DNA of 64,000 nucleotides from Pocillopora damicornis (Eukaryota): NCBI RefSeq assembly GCF_003704095.1, contig NW_020844911.1, positions 124,001 to 188,000 of the forward strand, read 5' to 3'. Shown piece by piece: positions 1 to 12,669 of this stretch (position 1 is its first letter; each line of letters starts with the position of its first letter). The notes under the pieces were generated by a model. It saw only the letters and a program-made list of their open reading frames with translations, ran no database searches and was not told where the DNA came from. The position numbers and the translations under genes were made by a program.

Positions 1-774
1 AAGCAACACCACTATATTGTGAAACTGCTCAATCATGTTACTGTTCTCAAACCCCAAATGAAAAAAAAAATTGCCCATAAATTCAAAAATATGCAAGTAA
101 AGTTTTTTACTTTTTTATTACAGTTTTCGTTTCGGTTTGTAACACGCAGTTATAAATTATATTTAGAAAAAAGTTTATTTTCACCTTATTTTCCTTCAGT
201 TAAAGTATGCCCTTGAGCTAAGCTGGCTAGAAATTACAAAATCTTTCCATTTGAATTTTTAAACAAACGTAAAAGGCATGAAAGATAAGACCGAGTTTAT
301 CTCTAGCTCATTTGTATATAAGCTTCTTGCATCGCATGATCGATTGATTCTCGCCTTCGACGGGCTAAAATATTTCTCCAATCTGGCCCGCAAAATGGGC
401 TACATTGCCAGACAGGGTTAAAATAAAATAAACAGCTGCGTATATAATTAACCATTTGCCTTTGAATTTAAAAAGAAAACAATTCACAAATTTTTCAGCT
501 GTGATGACTTAGATCACGTTCGCCGAAATGAGAAGATTTGTTCCGGTTGACCTAACATGTGTTCTGTTTTCAAATAAGGCCAATAAAATCATAAATCCCA
601 AAGAAGTGGAGAAACGTATTTTGCGCAATACAACAAACCTTAAATTAGTCACCTCTAAATGTCTTCCAATTTCAAAGAACAAAGGTTTTCCCGACGCCAA
701 AAGTAAGTGAGCAATCTGTGATAATTACATCAGGAAATTGTTGTCAACTAATTTATTGTTTGCGTTGAAATGAA

Positions 775-829
775 TGACGTGGTGACATGTTGAAATCATG
801 TTGATTTGCACGTGACCTCTGCTATAAAA
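775..829 (+). promoter_or_regulatory. Putative TMEM205 core promoter: TGACGTGG (UPRE/CRE-like, 775-782), CACGTGAC E-box (809-816), TATAAAA (823-829)
   Basis: Exact motif matches 100-150 bp upstream of the ATG at 928; function is inferred only. Confidence 0.4.
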
Positions 830-927
830 AAGGCATCAGTTCCTCTAATAACGTCAAAACAGCGCGACCGTGTGAACTGAAAAACCGTTTTCTCGAAAAG
901 GAAACAGAAAAAGCACCACATTTCAGG

Positions 928-3900
928 ATGACTTTTCAAGTGTGTTTGAATTTATTAGGGTTGTGTTTCCTTTGCGTAATAGTCTCCATGTCTTCGCGAA
1001 TCTCTGAGGAAATCCAAAAAGGCCATTTGCTTACAACCACGATTCGACTGGTTCATTTGATTTCGTTTGGAACTTGGTTCGGGATGCAGTTTTGGGTGAC
1101 ATTCATTGCTGGTAAGTGAGATGTCTAGTAATCATAATCTTTTCTTTTAAAATAAAATTCTCTTTTTTTTTTTTCCCCTGTTTTGTTTGATCTAAGATTT
1201 GGAAGACCTAAATCGATTTGACAGTGTATGATATGTAATAAAATAATCTTGATCTATCATGATTTTTTAATCCGCTTTCAACCTCGAGCCGGTCATAAAG
1301 AGATATGCTTTAGACAGAGTGCTCGAAAGATAATTCTAATTGTTTCGTGTGTCGCGAAGAAACGATCAGGTGCCAAAAATAGAATCGGGCTTCAGCGCGT
1401 TCAGAAAAACATAAGAGAGCTGAAAAGGCAAATTTTTCAAACAGGAAGTGAAAACAAATTAATGNNNNNNNNNNNNNNNNNNNNNNNNNNNNNNNNNNNN
1501 NNNNNNNNNNNNNNNNNNNNNNNNNNNNNNNNNNNNNNNNNNNNNNNNNNNNNNNNNNNNNNNNNNNNNNNNNNNNNNNNNNNNNNNNNNNNNNNNNNNN
1601 NNNNNNNNNNNNNNNNNNNNNNNNNNNNNNNNNNNNNNNNNNNNNNNNNNNNNNNNNNNNNNNNNNNNNNNNNNNNNNNNNNNNNNNNNNNNNNNNNNNN
1701 NNNNNNNNNNNNNNNNNNNNNNNNNNNNNNNNNNNNNNNNNNNNNNNNNNNNNNNNNNNNNNNNNNNNNNNNNNNNNNNNNNNNNNNNNNNNNNNNNNNN
1801 NNNNNNNNNNNNNNNNNNNNNNNNNNNNNNNNNNNNNNNCAAGTAGTTTCTATGTCAGATTAGACCACCACAGCAAAAAACAGGACGTCTTAAAAAATTT
1901 TCAAAACACAAAACAGAATTTTTTAGAATCTACAGATAGGTATTCAAAACAGGAACATATCTGTAGGAATTACGATTTCATGGACCAAAACATCTTTGAC
2001 ATGTGAGATGCGTCAGAATTCTAAACCGTAATCTGTAACTGCAGACGAATATTCTAGCATTGCTCTCACGGAATAAATCAAGGCCAATTTAAAACCACTA
2101 ACTAGCTTTATAGCTTTCCAGGAAATTACCTCTCACTGAGAAGAGATTTTTCTTCAAAGCTGGGGGTGAAGGAATGCTAACAAGTTTCTAATCAGCTGTT
2201 GGTTCGTACAATGTCTTTTGCATCGCTCGGCTCTGAATTCCTAAATCCGTTATAAAAAAGATTCTAATTCTCCTTTCAAAATATTCGAACATCAGATATG
2301 CTTGTGATTAAAAGCAAAATTTTTTCATATTCTGTTATTTTTATGATTTCTCTACAACGTGGGAGATTGTTGACATTTTAATCCAGAGAAGATAGAGGCT
2401 AAGAGGAGCAAAAAATTCATCAAATTTTTCGTCTGAAATTTCTGGCTTGCAGAAAAAAAATGCAATTAAATGAAATACGTCAAAGCACACAGATTTTGTG
2501 ATAAAATAATTTAGCTATCTCTGTTTAAGGGGTCAAAATTGTTTTTCTTTACAAGTACGTATTACATAACGTTAGTTGGAGAGAAACACGTGTCTTGCTT
2601 AGATGCGCGTGTGAGCGCCCTCAATAATTCAACAAATTTGTGAAATTTGCTTCATCGCTGGAATGATTACTGAGCAAATATAACGAAGAGTTAAAATGAA
2701 GGGTCAGACGTGAAATGATGACGAAGAAATGGTAGCCTTTTGAAGATACGTTTTCAATCGACGTTTTTCCTGCAGGTCAAGATCAGGAAAGGATTAAACG
2801 TAAAATAGAAATAAAGAAAGGAAAAACAGTTTTAAGAGGATTTGCTTTTAGTTGACGTTTTTCCTGTAAGAAAAGATCGCGAAGAGGAGAAAGGAAATTT
2901 AATTCAAACGTGTAAAAACGTTTTTTTAAGACAAAATACTTCTGGAGTGATCTGCTTAGTAATAAGCCGGATGATTTGATTTTATTAACTTAAGTTGATA
3001 ATGTAAATTAACCACTGTAAAAGATTTCTAAAGCTGACGTTTGAGCTTTAGCCTTTCGTCATACGCTCTGACGAAGGGCTAACGCTTGAAACGCCAGTTT
3101 TACAAATTCTTTACAGTGGACAATTAGCATTATCAACTCAGTCGATAAAATAACCAAATTGTCATCTACAGCCCATTGACGCAACAACATAGTTTTTTCA
3201 GGTTATGAGAACAGACAGGAGAATAACCATTTAGATCTTGGCAGTGAAAGAATCAAGAGCCTTTCACAGTTGCATGCTGACTAGCACGAACAGTGATATG
3301 TCAACCCTTCATGATACTTCAGGCCAGCCGATAACTGTATTGTTTTCTTTTAAAGGTTACAAGATGTACTTCACCCTGACAAGACACACCTTCGGTAATT
3401 TACAAAGCCAACTGTTTCCAGTTTATTTTACTGTGGGTTCGTGCTTATCTACTGTTGCTTTGGTAACGTACTATCTTATGCATCCAGTAGAGGTTTGGAC
3501 TGGAGACGAAAAACTTCAGGTAAATGAAAATGATGTTTGTTAAATTAAACTTTCCTTTTACCAGCGTTTCTGCTGCTGCAGCGTACTGAAAACTCGATCT
3601 ATTACGTGGAAACCGTAATATTTTACCTGCCTTGTGTAAGCACTTTGCATAACCTTATTTCTTCTGTTCTTCAGGTATCAGGCTTGGCTGTTTCAATGTT
3701 AGCCACGTTGATAAACAAGTTCTACCTGGAGCCTAGAACCACTGCTATGATGCTAAAAAGGTACGCTTATGAGAAGGAGCACGGATACGGTGACGATATT
3801 GGGCCAATCAAAGATGAGGCCTTCAAGATGGACGAAACTTACCTGAAGATGACCCATGAGTTCTGTATGGTGCATGGCTTTACATCCATGGCAAATATTC

Positions 3901-3965
3901 TGGCCTATACTGGCAGTTTTTTACACGTCTGGTTATTGGCCAAAAGTCAAGTTTTGGTGATTTAA
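928..3965 (+). CDS. TMEM205: Transmembrane protein 205 (DUF4149 family); exons 928-1111, 3356-3519, 3675-3965
   Basis: GT-AG junctions join in frame: ...HLISFGTWFGMQFWVTFIAG|YKMYFTLTRHTFGNLQSQLFPVYF...LEPRTT...FCMVHGFTSMANI. The WxxGMQxWVTF, RHTFG..QS.LFP.YF and F...HG.S..AN motifs are typical of TMEM205. Confidence 0.9.
2985..3200. mobile_element. Palindromic (head-to-head) hammerhead-bearing Penelope-like repeat, family 1, in TMEM205 intron 1
   Basis: Long imperfect inverted repeat centred near 3064. Plus arm gctCTGACGAagggctaacgcttGAAAcgccag (3065-3097); degenerate minus arm 3033-3062. Confidence 0.7.
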
Positions 3966-5515
3966 GATATTTTCTCCGATGCAAATTAAACTATCATAAG
4001 AAACGAATTCTAGGAATCTTTGTTATGAAGTCACACATCGTTTTATTCGATCGCACCATAAATTTATCGGTGAAATGGTTTTAACTTATAGAGCCCACAA
4101 CTACGTATGCAGCGGTCGAACGTCGGGCATGCGCTAGGGGATCCATTCTGGCCACCCGTGCGGCAATTTCCCGCCCAAAATTTTAAAGGAAAACAAAAGG
4201 AACCGCCGCTGTCTGGCGGCAGAGCTGAATAACGAAATGCTACGTCACACGCATTCGGTCAATAACGCAGGGTTTATAATTCAGCGGAATTTGCGGAAAA
4301 AGGGGTTGGTATTAAAAACTGAGGCATTTTGTTGTCATCGAAGGCATTTATTTAATTTCAGTGATTTAAGGAGAACATTGACTTTTGTATATATTTTGGG
4401 GGGATGCAAAGTTGTTGGAGGTTTTTCTCTAAAAGAAAAGCGGCAAGGAAAACAACGCCTTAAAGAAACAGAACTGTATGCGTAGACGTTATTCAGCTCT
4501 GCCCTGTCTGGCAAAATAAGCGAAAGAAAATGAGTGAGCAATTATTCCCCAATACTAATATTTATTCTGGCTAAGAGATATTAAGAAACTCATTCTGTTT
4601 CATATTTTTTCCTTCCATTTTTGTAAAGGCGGTTTGGTAACAGTCCTAAAGAATATATTTTGAATATTATTGCGGTATTTAATTACTTAAATTTAGTTGG
4701 TCTGCAATGGATATTTATGAATATTCTATCACTTCCTCGGCGGCGCAGCCAGGAATCTGAATATTGTATGTCTGAGCTCTTGATGGTTAGGTTGTAGTGT
4801 TCGTGGAATTTTTACCGGAACACAAGCTACTTTGAAAATTACAGTATAAATATCACAGAGATATTTTTTTCTGCTACATAATTAGAGCGAATAAAATATA
4901 TTAATATGACAAGCTTATATTGCCAATTTGCTTCATAAACTCACCAAACTTATCACAACAGCTAGTCAGATACACCTCTTACGACAAAAAAAGCTGCAAA
5001 TCAAATGTGTTTTAAAGTTGCTTTGTTGTTAATCCCTGGTGATAAGAGATCTTGCTTCCCCAAGTTGAGCCGAAAGACAATTAAGATAACTAAGGTTTAG
5101 TCAACAACTTATGACTTAGTTTTGTAGCTTTGCAGCTTTGGTTTTGTCTTAAACTAAGGTAAATCCCTTTAAAACTTAAGCCAAAGGAAAGTTAAACTTT
5201 GAATCTTAAATAATCAGTTATCGCCCGTCAAACGACCGGGCCCAGGCCTTTTTTCGTTCCCTATTCTCCTGTGACCAAATCTCCGCTTAGCAACCACCCG
5301 CTCTGAAATGCATGATCAGTATTGTTTTTATTTTATTCATCTGTAAATTAAACCTATCCATTTATTTTGTCGCCAAAGTTTTGTTTTCAAAAATTCTCCA
5401 GGTTCAATTTTTGACATGAGAAGAAAATTTTAAAAATACTTGTGAGGATAAGGTTGTGGAGCCCCTAAAGAGATTTCAAGACTTTTTCTCGAGTGCACAT
5501 GACTGGTGTTCTGAT

Positions 5516-5616
5516 CACTGACGAAGGACTTACGCTAGAAACGTCAGCCTTTAAACACTTTATGGTGGCCAATTTACGTTTTCGGCTCAGTTGATAACAC
5601 TAAATTACCTGTTATA

Positions 5617-5661
<45 letters not shown>

Positions 5662-5665
5662 TTTT
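5516..5665 (+). mobile_element. Family-1 HHR/Penelope-like repeat monomer
   Basis: CTGACGA...GAAACGTCagc core at 5518-5548, followed by the same body (...cccaccgacgcagcaccacagtttctttagaaacttacccc) seen inverted at 7507 and 22272. Confidence 0.7.
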
Positions 5666-7506
5666 ATTGATAAAGCTACTTTCTGTCTGTTACCATGCGA
5701 CGAAAGTCGACTTATAGCGTCAGTTTAGTTTGTGTAAAATTACAAACGAAACAGAGGGAAGTTAATTGAGACGCCCTCAGAGACGAAAATAATTACATAA
5801 ACGTGTATTGAATACAAAACAGATATAACTAACTTTAACAACCTGCCTTCAAAAGTCTACGAGTGAAATTAAGAAAAAATTTTTTAAAAAAACACCACAA
5901 AATATCAGAAGTGTTTTTAATCGCGGAGAACGTCCGCTTCTAGGTGCAATACACTTAATCCAATATTATGTTGTCAAAAAAGAAATGCTAAAATGAAAAC
6001 AGTAAAACGGAAAAAAGCTATAACGAGGTGTCATTTCCTTCTCAAGAGGTGAACAGTTCTAATATACAAATGGTTTGAACTGTCGACTGATCTAAAATAA
6101 AGAAAATTCAGGCAAGTTTCCTTTCGTGTTTTTCCAAATTATCGTAATCAAGAGGTTATAATTTTATATACAGAATCTAGGAAACAAAAATGCAACTTTT
6201 ACTACACGTAATCACCTCTTGCCTTTTGAAAAGCTGTTTAATTTCTGCTCTCTGTTTTCTCCATGCGTATGATTGCTTTGTTCACCTCGCCAATTAACTC
6301 CTTGACCCGTAAGAGAGACCAATATCTAATTTCTCCTTACATTATTACCGTGCAATCACACATTACGATCATGAGAATAAAGGAAATGATCACCAACTTC
6401 TTAGCTCTTGATTGTTTTAACAAATTCGCCTGGATAGCGCCTTAAGAAATGTATAGTGAACAGTATGGAGAATCTGCATTCTGATGTTAGGGTGTAAAGG
6501 TTTAAAACTGTCGGATTATATTAATTAATGATGTAGCTTTTTTTCTCTTCAATAAACACACCATTTAACCACCGTGATGTTTCATTTCTTAGACAGATGA
6601 GAGGCAATTAAAGTCATTCCAAAAACAGCTGTTTAAACTCGCCTTTTAATCACAATTAGATGAGGTAATAATTGGTTAATGACCTATGTTATATAGCCAA
6701 TCAGGCGCAAACAAATTGGATTCAGTGAAGTTTCTTTCCTTCATTAAAGGATCAATTCATTCATTAAAAGATCATTTTACCGAATGCGGTTACTTCATCT
6801 CACCAAATATACAGAATTTAAATACTAAAAGCTATACCAAAATTCATTTGCGGGAATTGGCTGGTAGTGTTAAGAGAGGACAGACGAAAAATTATTTGGG
6901 ACAAGGCTCTTAGTTTAAAACATGATTTCCAGATCACTTTTTGTCCTCTGTTCCTGCTGGCTGATTTTGGTACAAACACGCCCTATTGGTAAGTTATAGT
7001 GTTAAACCAAAAAGTCAATGTCTTCGCATCGAAAACAGCTTTCAAGTCTAGGATTTTTCATGTATAAATAATAGATGAAGAGTAACTGTATTGAAATACA
7101 GAATTCAAAATCATTTTTGAATAACAAAAGAAAGCTCTTAGAGGTATTTGTGGGCAGATGGTCATGTGTTACCCTTAGGGAAATTTCTTCTTTGTAGTTA
7201 ACATTACTAAAGGCGTTTTGATGAGCTTAGGGGGTAGTGTCAGGAAACTTCGTCCTCTTAGCGGGTGAAAACGGCGCCAACAGAAAAGGGCGGGTTTTGT
7301 TATCACGACCACAAGATGAAACTTCAGAGAAGTTTCGACCTCACAAAGAAATAAATCAAATCAAATTAGATGTGTAATTTCAAGCCTATACTCTGTAAGG
7401 TTACGTACGGTTTCTGCTTGCACTATTCAGGCCCTTGAGAAGTCTATAGTCAGGAAAATCTTACCAGGACAAGTAGCGTAGCAAAACCAGTTTTTTTTTT
7501 TTACAA

Positions 7507-7676
7507 GGGGGGTAACTTTCTAAAGAAATTGTGGTGCTGCGTCGATGAGAGAGTATAGCAGGATAATTTGATATTGTCAGAATGATGACAAGGGGCTAAC
7601 TTTCGAAATGTCAGCTTCTAAATTCTTTACGGTGGCTAATTTACGTTACAACTCAGTTTTATAATACTAAATTACC
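7507..7676. mobile_element. Degenerate family-1 HHR repeat with inverted arms
   Basis: Shares body sequence with 5516-5665 and 22272-22516; the HHR core is mutated (atgatgacaaggggctaactttcgaaatgtcagc). Confidence 0.55.
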
Positions 7677-8549
7677 CGATTTTTTTTGCTGGATTCGGTT
7701 CAGCCAACGACCAATTGTCTTAGACTCGATCACAAACCTCCATTTGGGAGATGAGCCCACGCTATCTTTCCGAATCAAACCCGCACTCGAGAAAGCGGAA
7801 AACTTGAGGAACAGCGTAATATTTTTGTTTTTAAGACGAGTTGTGAACAAACGCGGGGAGAATGGGGCGAGCGCGCGTCCAAAGAAGTTACGGCCGGAAG
7901 CGTTTACAAATAAGGCTATTACATTGTAGTAGCACTTGAAAGACCTTGAGGCTAGGAGATCGATAGGTTTGATTGAAGCCCGTCGTGGTCGGTGGTTACT
8001 TTTCAAGATAAAACGCATCTTCGGCGAAAATAACTGTAAATTGAAATTGGCGCCTAATAAATTATGAATTTACCCAATCAGATAAAAGCAGAATTTTTCA
8101 AAAATTGAAAACGTTGTAATTCCGTGACCGACGTTAACTGGCCGAATTATTGGCACGTGTTTGTATTGTTATGTACACGAAATAATTAAATATGCCTACG
8201 GAGAAGATTCAAATTAAAATTTTCTGCAATATAACGTTTGTACGAAGAGAACCAAAAAATCGGCTGAGTGCCAAGACGATATCGCCAGCCTAAGGTTTTA
8301 TTATTATCATTGGTTCATGCAGCAGATTAATGTCAAAGCCAAGGTGCGCGTTTCGATAAATTTTTAATCAGTCATTTTGCTCTCGACGTTGATATTTCCG
8401 GCTTCATTGACACAGTTGCCTAACGAGTTGTGACATGATCATTGAACCGTTAAAAGTAATCAAAGATAATTATGAATTGAGCCGCCGAGACGAACTCATT
8501 TGCAAGCGAGCCACTCGCCCTAATAACAGTTTGTTGATAATCGGGGATA

Positions 8550-11500
8550 ATGAAGTTTAGCTCGTTATATGTCTTGTGTTTGGGCTTGAGTTTGGTGGAA
8601 ACTCGACCGTTTGGTAAGTCATTTTATTCTTTTTCATCGAGGACACTGATTTTAAAGGAAGTTTGGCATTTTTGCCAAGACTCCTAACAAGGAATAATGA
8701 ACTGTTGTGTTTCATATATAGGACATTGTATTTTCTGCCCCAAATATTCAGCACGGAAGATCAGATATTGGCAGTCGCATGCAAATGAATATGTAAGCAA
8801 GTAAATGACTCAGACCAGCAAATTGGCTGAATTTCGTCACTTTCATGTTAATTAAACCTCAATCCATGGCCTCTGGCAAAGGATTCCCAGAAAAATCATT
8901 CCTTCATTAATATACAAAGTATATATGTCCAAAGTTAACCATAATATTTTGAATTCGTTCGTCGTTACGTCGCCTTGGCACTTTGGAGCACAAATATGAC
9001 TTCCGCTATTGAGTGCCAGAAATCTGTCTTGAACTCAAGAAAAACACCAAAAAAAAAAGGAAAGTAATCCTCTTCGAACATAAATATACAACAGATTTTT
9101 TTTCCAAAAAATTTCATCTTAATACGTATCAGGGTAATCATTTGTCGTCTGTGGGGGGGTGGGGGGGAGGGGAAGGGGTCTGACTGGTTCCTAACTGACT
9201 GGTTCCTAACTAACAACCACTTGGCCGTAGAAGGTCTGGGTACGAGACTACCTTTAGGTTTCCTTTCCAGTCTAAAGCTTGGCTCTCATTTATTTTACAG
9301 ATGACACTTGGAAGAGGGAAAGAGACGAGGTCATTGACTGGTTGCTACAAGAAAAAATTATAGGTAAATCAAACGTGAGATGTCTGCAAGTTCCTGGTCG
9401 GGATGGTATCGTATAACGCCAAGGCTGGCTTCTCGTCCGCTCTATGGTGTTCTACACGGAGAGCCAGCTTATAGCACGGGGACTGAGTCCACTAGTATTA
9501 AAACCCGTATACTTTCAAAAGAGTATTCTCGGACATTTTCTGAATTTTGTTTTCCTTTTCTTTTACGGAACGGATCGGGCCCTCGAATTGGAAGAGCCTT
9601 AATTTTTTTTTCCAGCTCGATAAGATAGAAAAAAGTAAAATGGAATTGTACGAGTAGCCGCCTCCACAGCGATGGAAGCACGTTGTCAATTTCCATCGTG
9701 ATCACAACGTGCTTCAGAAAGATGGTAGTACTACCACAACCTTTAAGTTGGGATACAGCATTCGTCCTGAACTTCAACTCAGACGCAGCTTGCGATCATG
9801 TCCTCATTATTAACGCTGAAGGACGTGCTTTCCTCCGTCCAGAGGAAGTTTTGAGACAAGTCTAGGAGGAGCTTGCCGGGGATCAGGCCTTATCATTAGT
9901 GCTGAACCCTTAGCGTTTCCCCTGAAAACCAGGTGATTCTCAGACGCCCTCCCCTCCCCTCCTCCCCCGTGTTCAAAAATCAATGGTCCTTCAGTAAACT
10001 CGCACTTTCTTAGCTTTTTGTCTGGCATATTTTAGAAAATGAGGAGCGAGGTGGAAATCTACACGGGCACATTGTAGGCGTAAATGAGGCATATGACGAA
10101 ATCAGCCGCCGTGGAGGAATGGGTGCGATTCCAATTGAAGAGGAAATCGTGGCCGTAAATGAAGGTAAATCGCTGACTATTCAAACTCTTGGCAGTGTTA
10201 TGTTTCTTAAAAAGACCTTTCTATCATATTTTGGTAAGACTACTGACTAATGGAAAAATAAACTGTTGAGTTATAAGGAGATAAACGAACAAGCATTCAA
10301 ATTTCCTGTGGTCCCCAGTCTTTTGTACATTCAATGGAGTTTCGGAAGGTAGCTTTCGGTGATTTTTGATGAATTACGTTATGGAAGGTATTGACCCCAA
10401 TCAAGGTTAGCACAAACGAGAATTTGGCTTTTTGGATCAGCGCTTCAATGATCTTGTGGTTTGTGATTAGTTGCAAATTTACTTCTTATATAGCCATTTA
10501 ATGTTTTTGTCTTCAATCAGTTTTCTCTCTTGCGTTGAGGTTAGAACACTGAAGTTAAATTTTCTTCTGGTCCATACTGGATTATAACACGGCTTAAAAT
10601 TCCAATTTAGATCCTTACAATCGTCCCGGATGTGGTGATCCACTGTTCGAGGGGGACTTGTGTCTAGATCCTGAAGACGAGGCGGTCGTCAATCACGCGG
10701 TCCCTGAGACAGACTTAAAGAGAAACATCATTCGCAACGGGAAAAAGCTTTGGCCGGGAAAAACTGTGTACTATTTTGTGGACGACAATTTGAGTAAGTT
10801 TTTTTTTCTTTTTTTCTCTCTTCTTCAAGAATTACAGTTATCTTGGTTTTTTCCAACAACAATGCCGTTCAAATGTACAATCAAAATTCAATGTGAGTTC
10901 CTCATTTTTTTCAGAGCATTTACGACCCAAAATCAACGACGCTCTGAGTAAAATCAGTAGTAAGACTTGTTTAAAATTCAAAGAAGTTGGTTCGTCTTAT
11001 GGAGGAGACTACATCAAGATGCACAAAGGCAATGGGTAAGGGAATTTTCGTAAACAAAAAGGGACTGCTCATTATTTCATCGTCAGGGGGGAGGAGAGGT
11101 CCTTAACGAAATTGCATTTTCACAATAACTGAAAAATACGAAAAAACGGTGGTGCAACCCATAACTTGAGTATCGGAATATAGTTCAACAGTTTACAAGG
11201 GGTATTTTTTGAAAATGCTGTTCGAGTATTAACTCTTTAACTAACAAGAACTAATTGCTAATTCTCATTGCAGACTAGCTTCAATAATCTAGTATTAGCA
11301 CAAGATTAATTGCAAATATTAGCTGATAAGTTTAAATTTTCTCATTACCTGTTGGCTGGATAAGGTATGAATATTATAAGGAGACGTTCCATGTTAATCA
11401 CTTCTTAGAGTTATAAGAGTTATCGAATGGAAAAAACGAAATTCAGTTGAGAGCTTGTTCAAATTTCCATCAGTGATTTCGTTAAAAAGTAGAAAGAGTT

Positions 11501-12669
11501 TCCATTCATTTCTTTATCAGTGAGGTACAAAAGAAATATCTGAGTCCCTGACGAAGAATCAAACTCCAGAAGTTCGGGTTTCGCTTTCCAATAAACAAGC
11601 ATTAAGCTACGGAGAACTGTTAAGATCTTAATAATCAGTGTCACTCTCCCCAGTTATCTAACACTAATGTGTCTCATTAGGTGCTGGTCAAAGGTAGGTC
11701 GTGTCGGTGGAAGTCAACCTCTCTCCCTTGGGAGTGGGTGTGAATACGTGGGTGTTGTCATGCACGAGCTTATGCACTCTCTCGGTAAGTACAATTTTTA
11801 CCGTAGGGACCCTAGTGGGTATTAATGAGCATAATTAACCCTTTGAGCCACGCTAGTGAATTTCTCCTCACGATATCACCCCTGAAACAAACAGTAAGGT
11901 CAGGAGAATAAAAGAAATGATCACCAACTCAAGAAGCTCTTGATCGTTAAAGAAATTCTCCTTTTCAGCTCCTTAGGAAATGTATAGAGAACAGTATGGA
12001 GAATATTCTTAGGGTTAGGGCTGGAGTCAGTTAGGCTGTTAAGTGGTTAAACATCAGCGATAGGTCAACTGCTCGAAATGTCAGGAAAAGTTGAAAACCA
12101 TGTTTTTTTGTTTTCACACGACAGGTATTTGGCACGAACAGAGTAGAACGGACAGAGATAAATATGTGGAGGTTTTGTGGCATAACATCAAAAAAGGTGA
12201 TGTGAATAATTTCGTGCATATGCTTGACTTAGTCTTTGCGATTAAAAAAAAAACTCGTTCTCAGGCTCCCAAGAGCAAGCGGAAAGAAGAAAAATCCCAA
12301 GAACGAGGCTGGCTCCGCGAGAGACCATATAGTAAAAAGTGACTTCACCTACAAGTTAACAAGAACTAAGGCTGTAATTCAATTTAATAACAAAAGAGGT
12401 GAGCTACCGCTAATTAATTATTATTTTCGCCTTGTTCTACAGGTTATGAGAAAAACTTTGAAAAGTATGACCATGGCAAGCTAGACAGTCTAAATCTGCC
12501 GTACGACTTTGATTCCGTAATGCATTATGACAGGTATCTGTTTTCAGTTGATGGAAAAAAACCAACGATCATCGCCAGACGACAGATATGGAGGGAACTT
12601 GGAGGGCAACTCAGAGGAACTCTGACCGATAATGACATCGCAGAGATTCGGGCGCTATACGGGTGTTAA
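8550..12669 (+). CDS. Secreted astacin-family (M12A) zinc metalloprotease, catalytic domain only; exons 8550-8613, 9301-9363, 10036-10164, 10611-10793, 10915-11035, 11681-11784, 12125-12196, 12443-12669
   Basis: Signal peptide MKFSSLYVLCLGLSLVETRPF; prodomain LFEGDL; KR|NII maturation site; CWSKVGRVGG; zinc motif HELMHSLG|IWHEQSRTDRD (HExxHxxGxxH); Met-turn YDFDSVMHY; ends IRALYGC*. All junctions are GT-AG and phase-consistent. Confidence 0.92.

Noticed and set aside
1228-1863. Long ORFs running through N gaps (also 30268-30560, 32126-32821, 43596-44042, 57928-58420)
   Set aside because: Their length comes from X translation of assembly gaps; no coding evidence except the STOML1 tail at 32773-32821
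7659-8018. 119-aa minus-strand ORF in a CpG-rich patch
   Set aside because: No recognisable domain, and it ends inside a repeat
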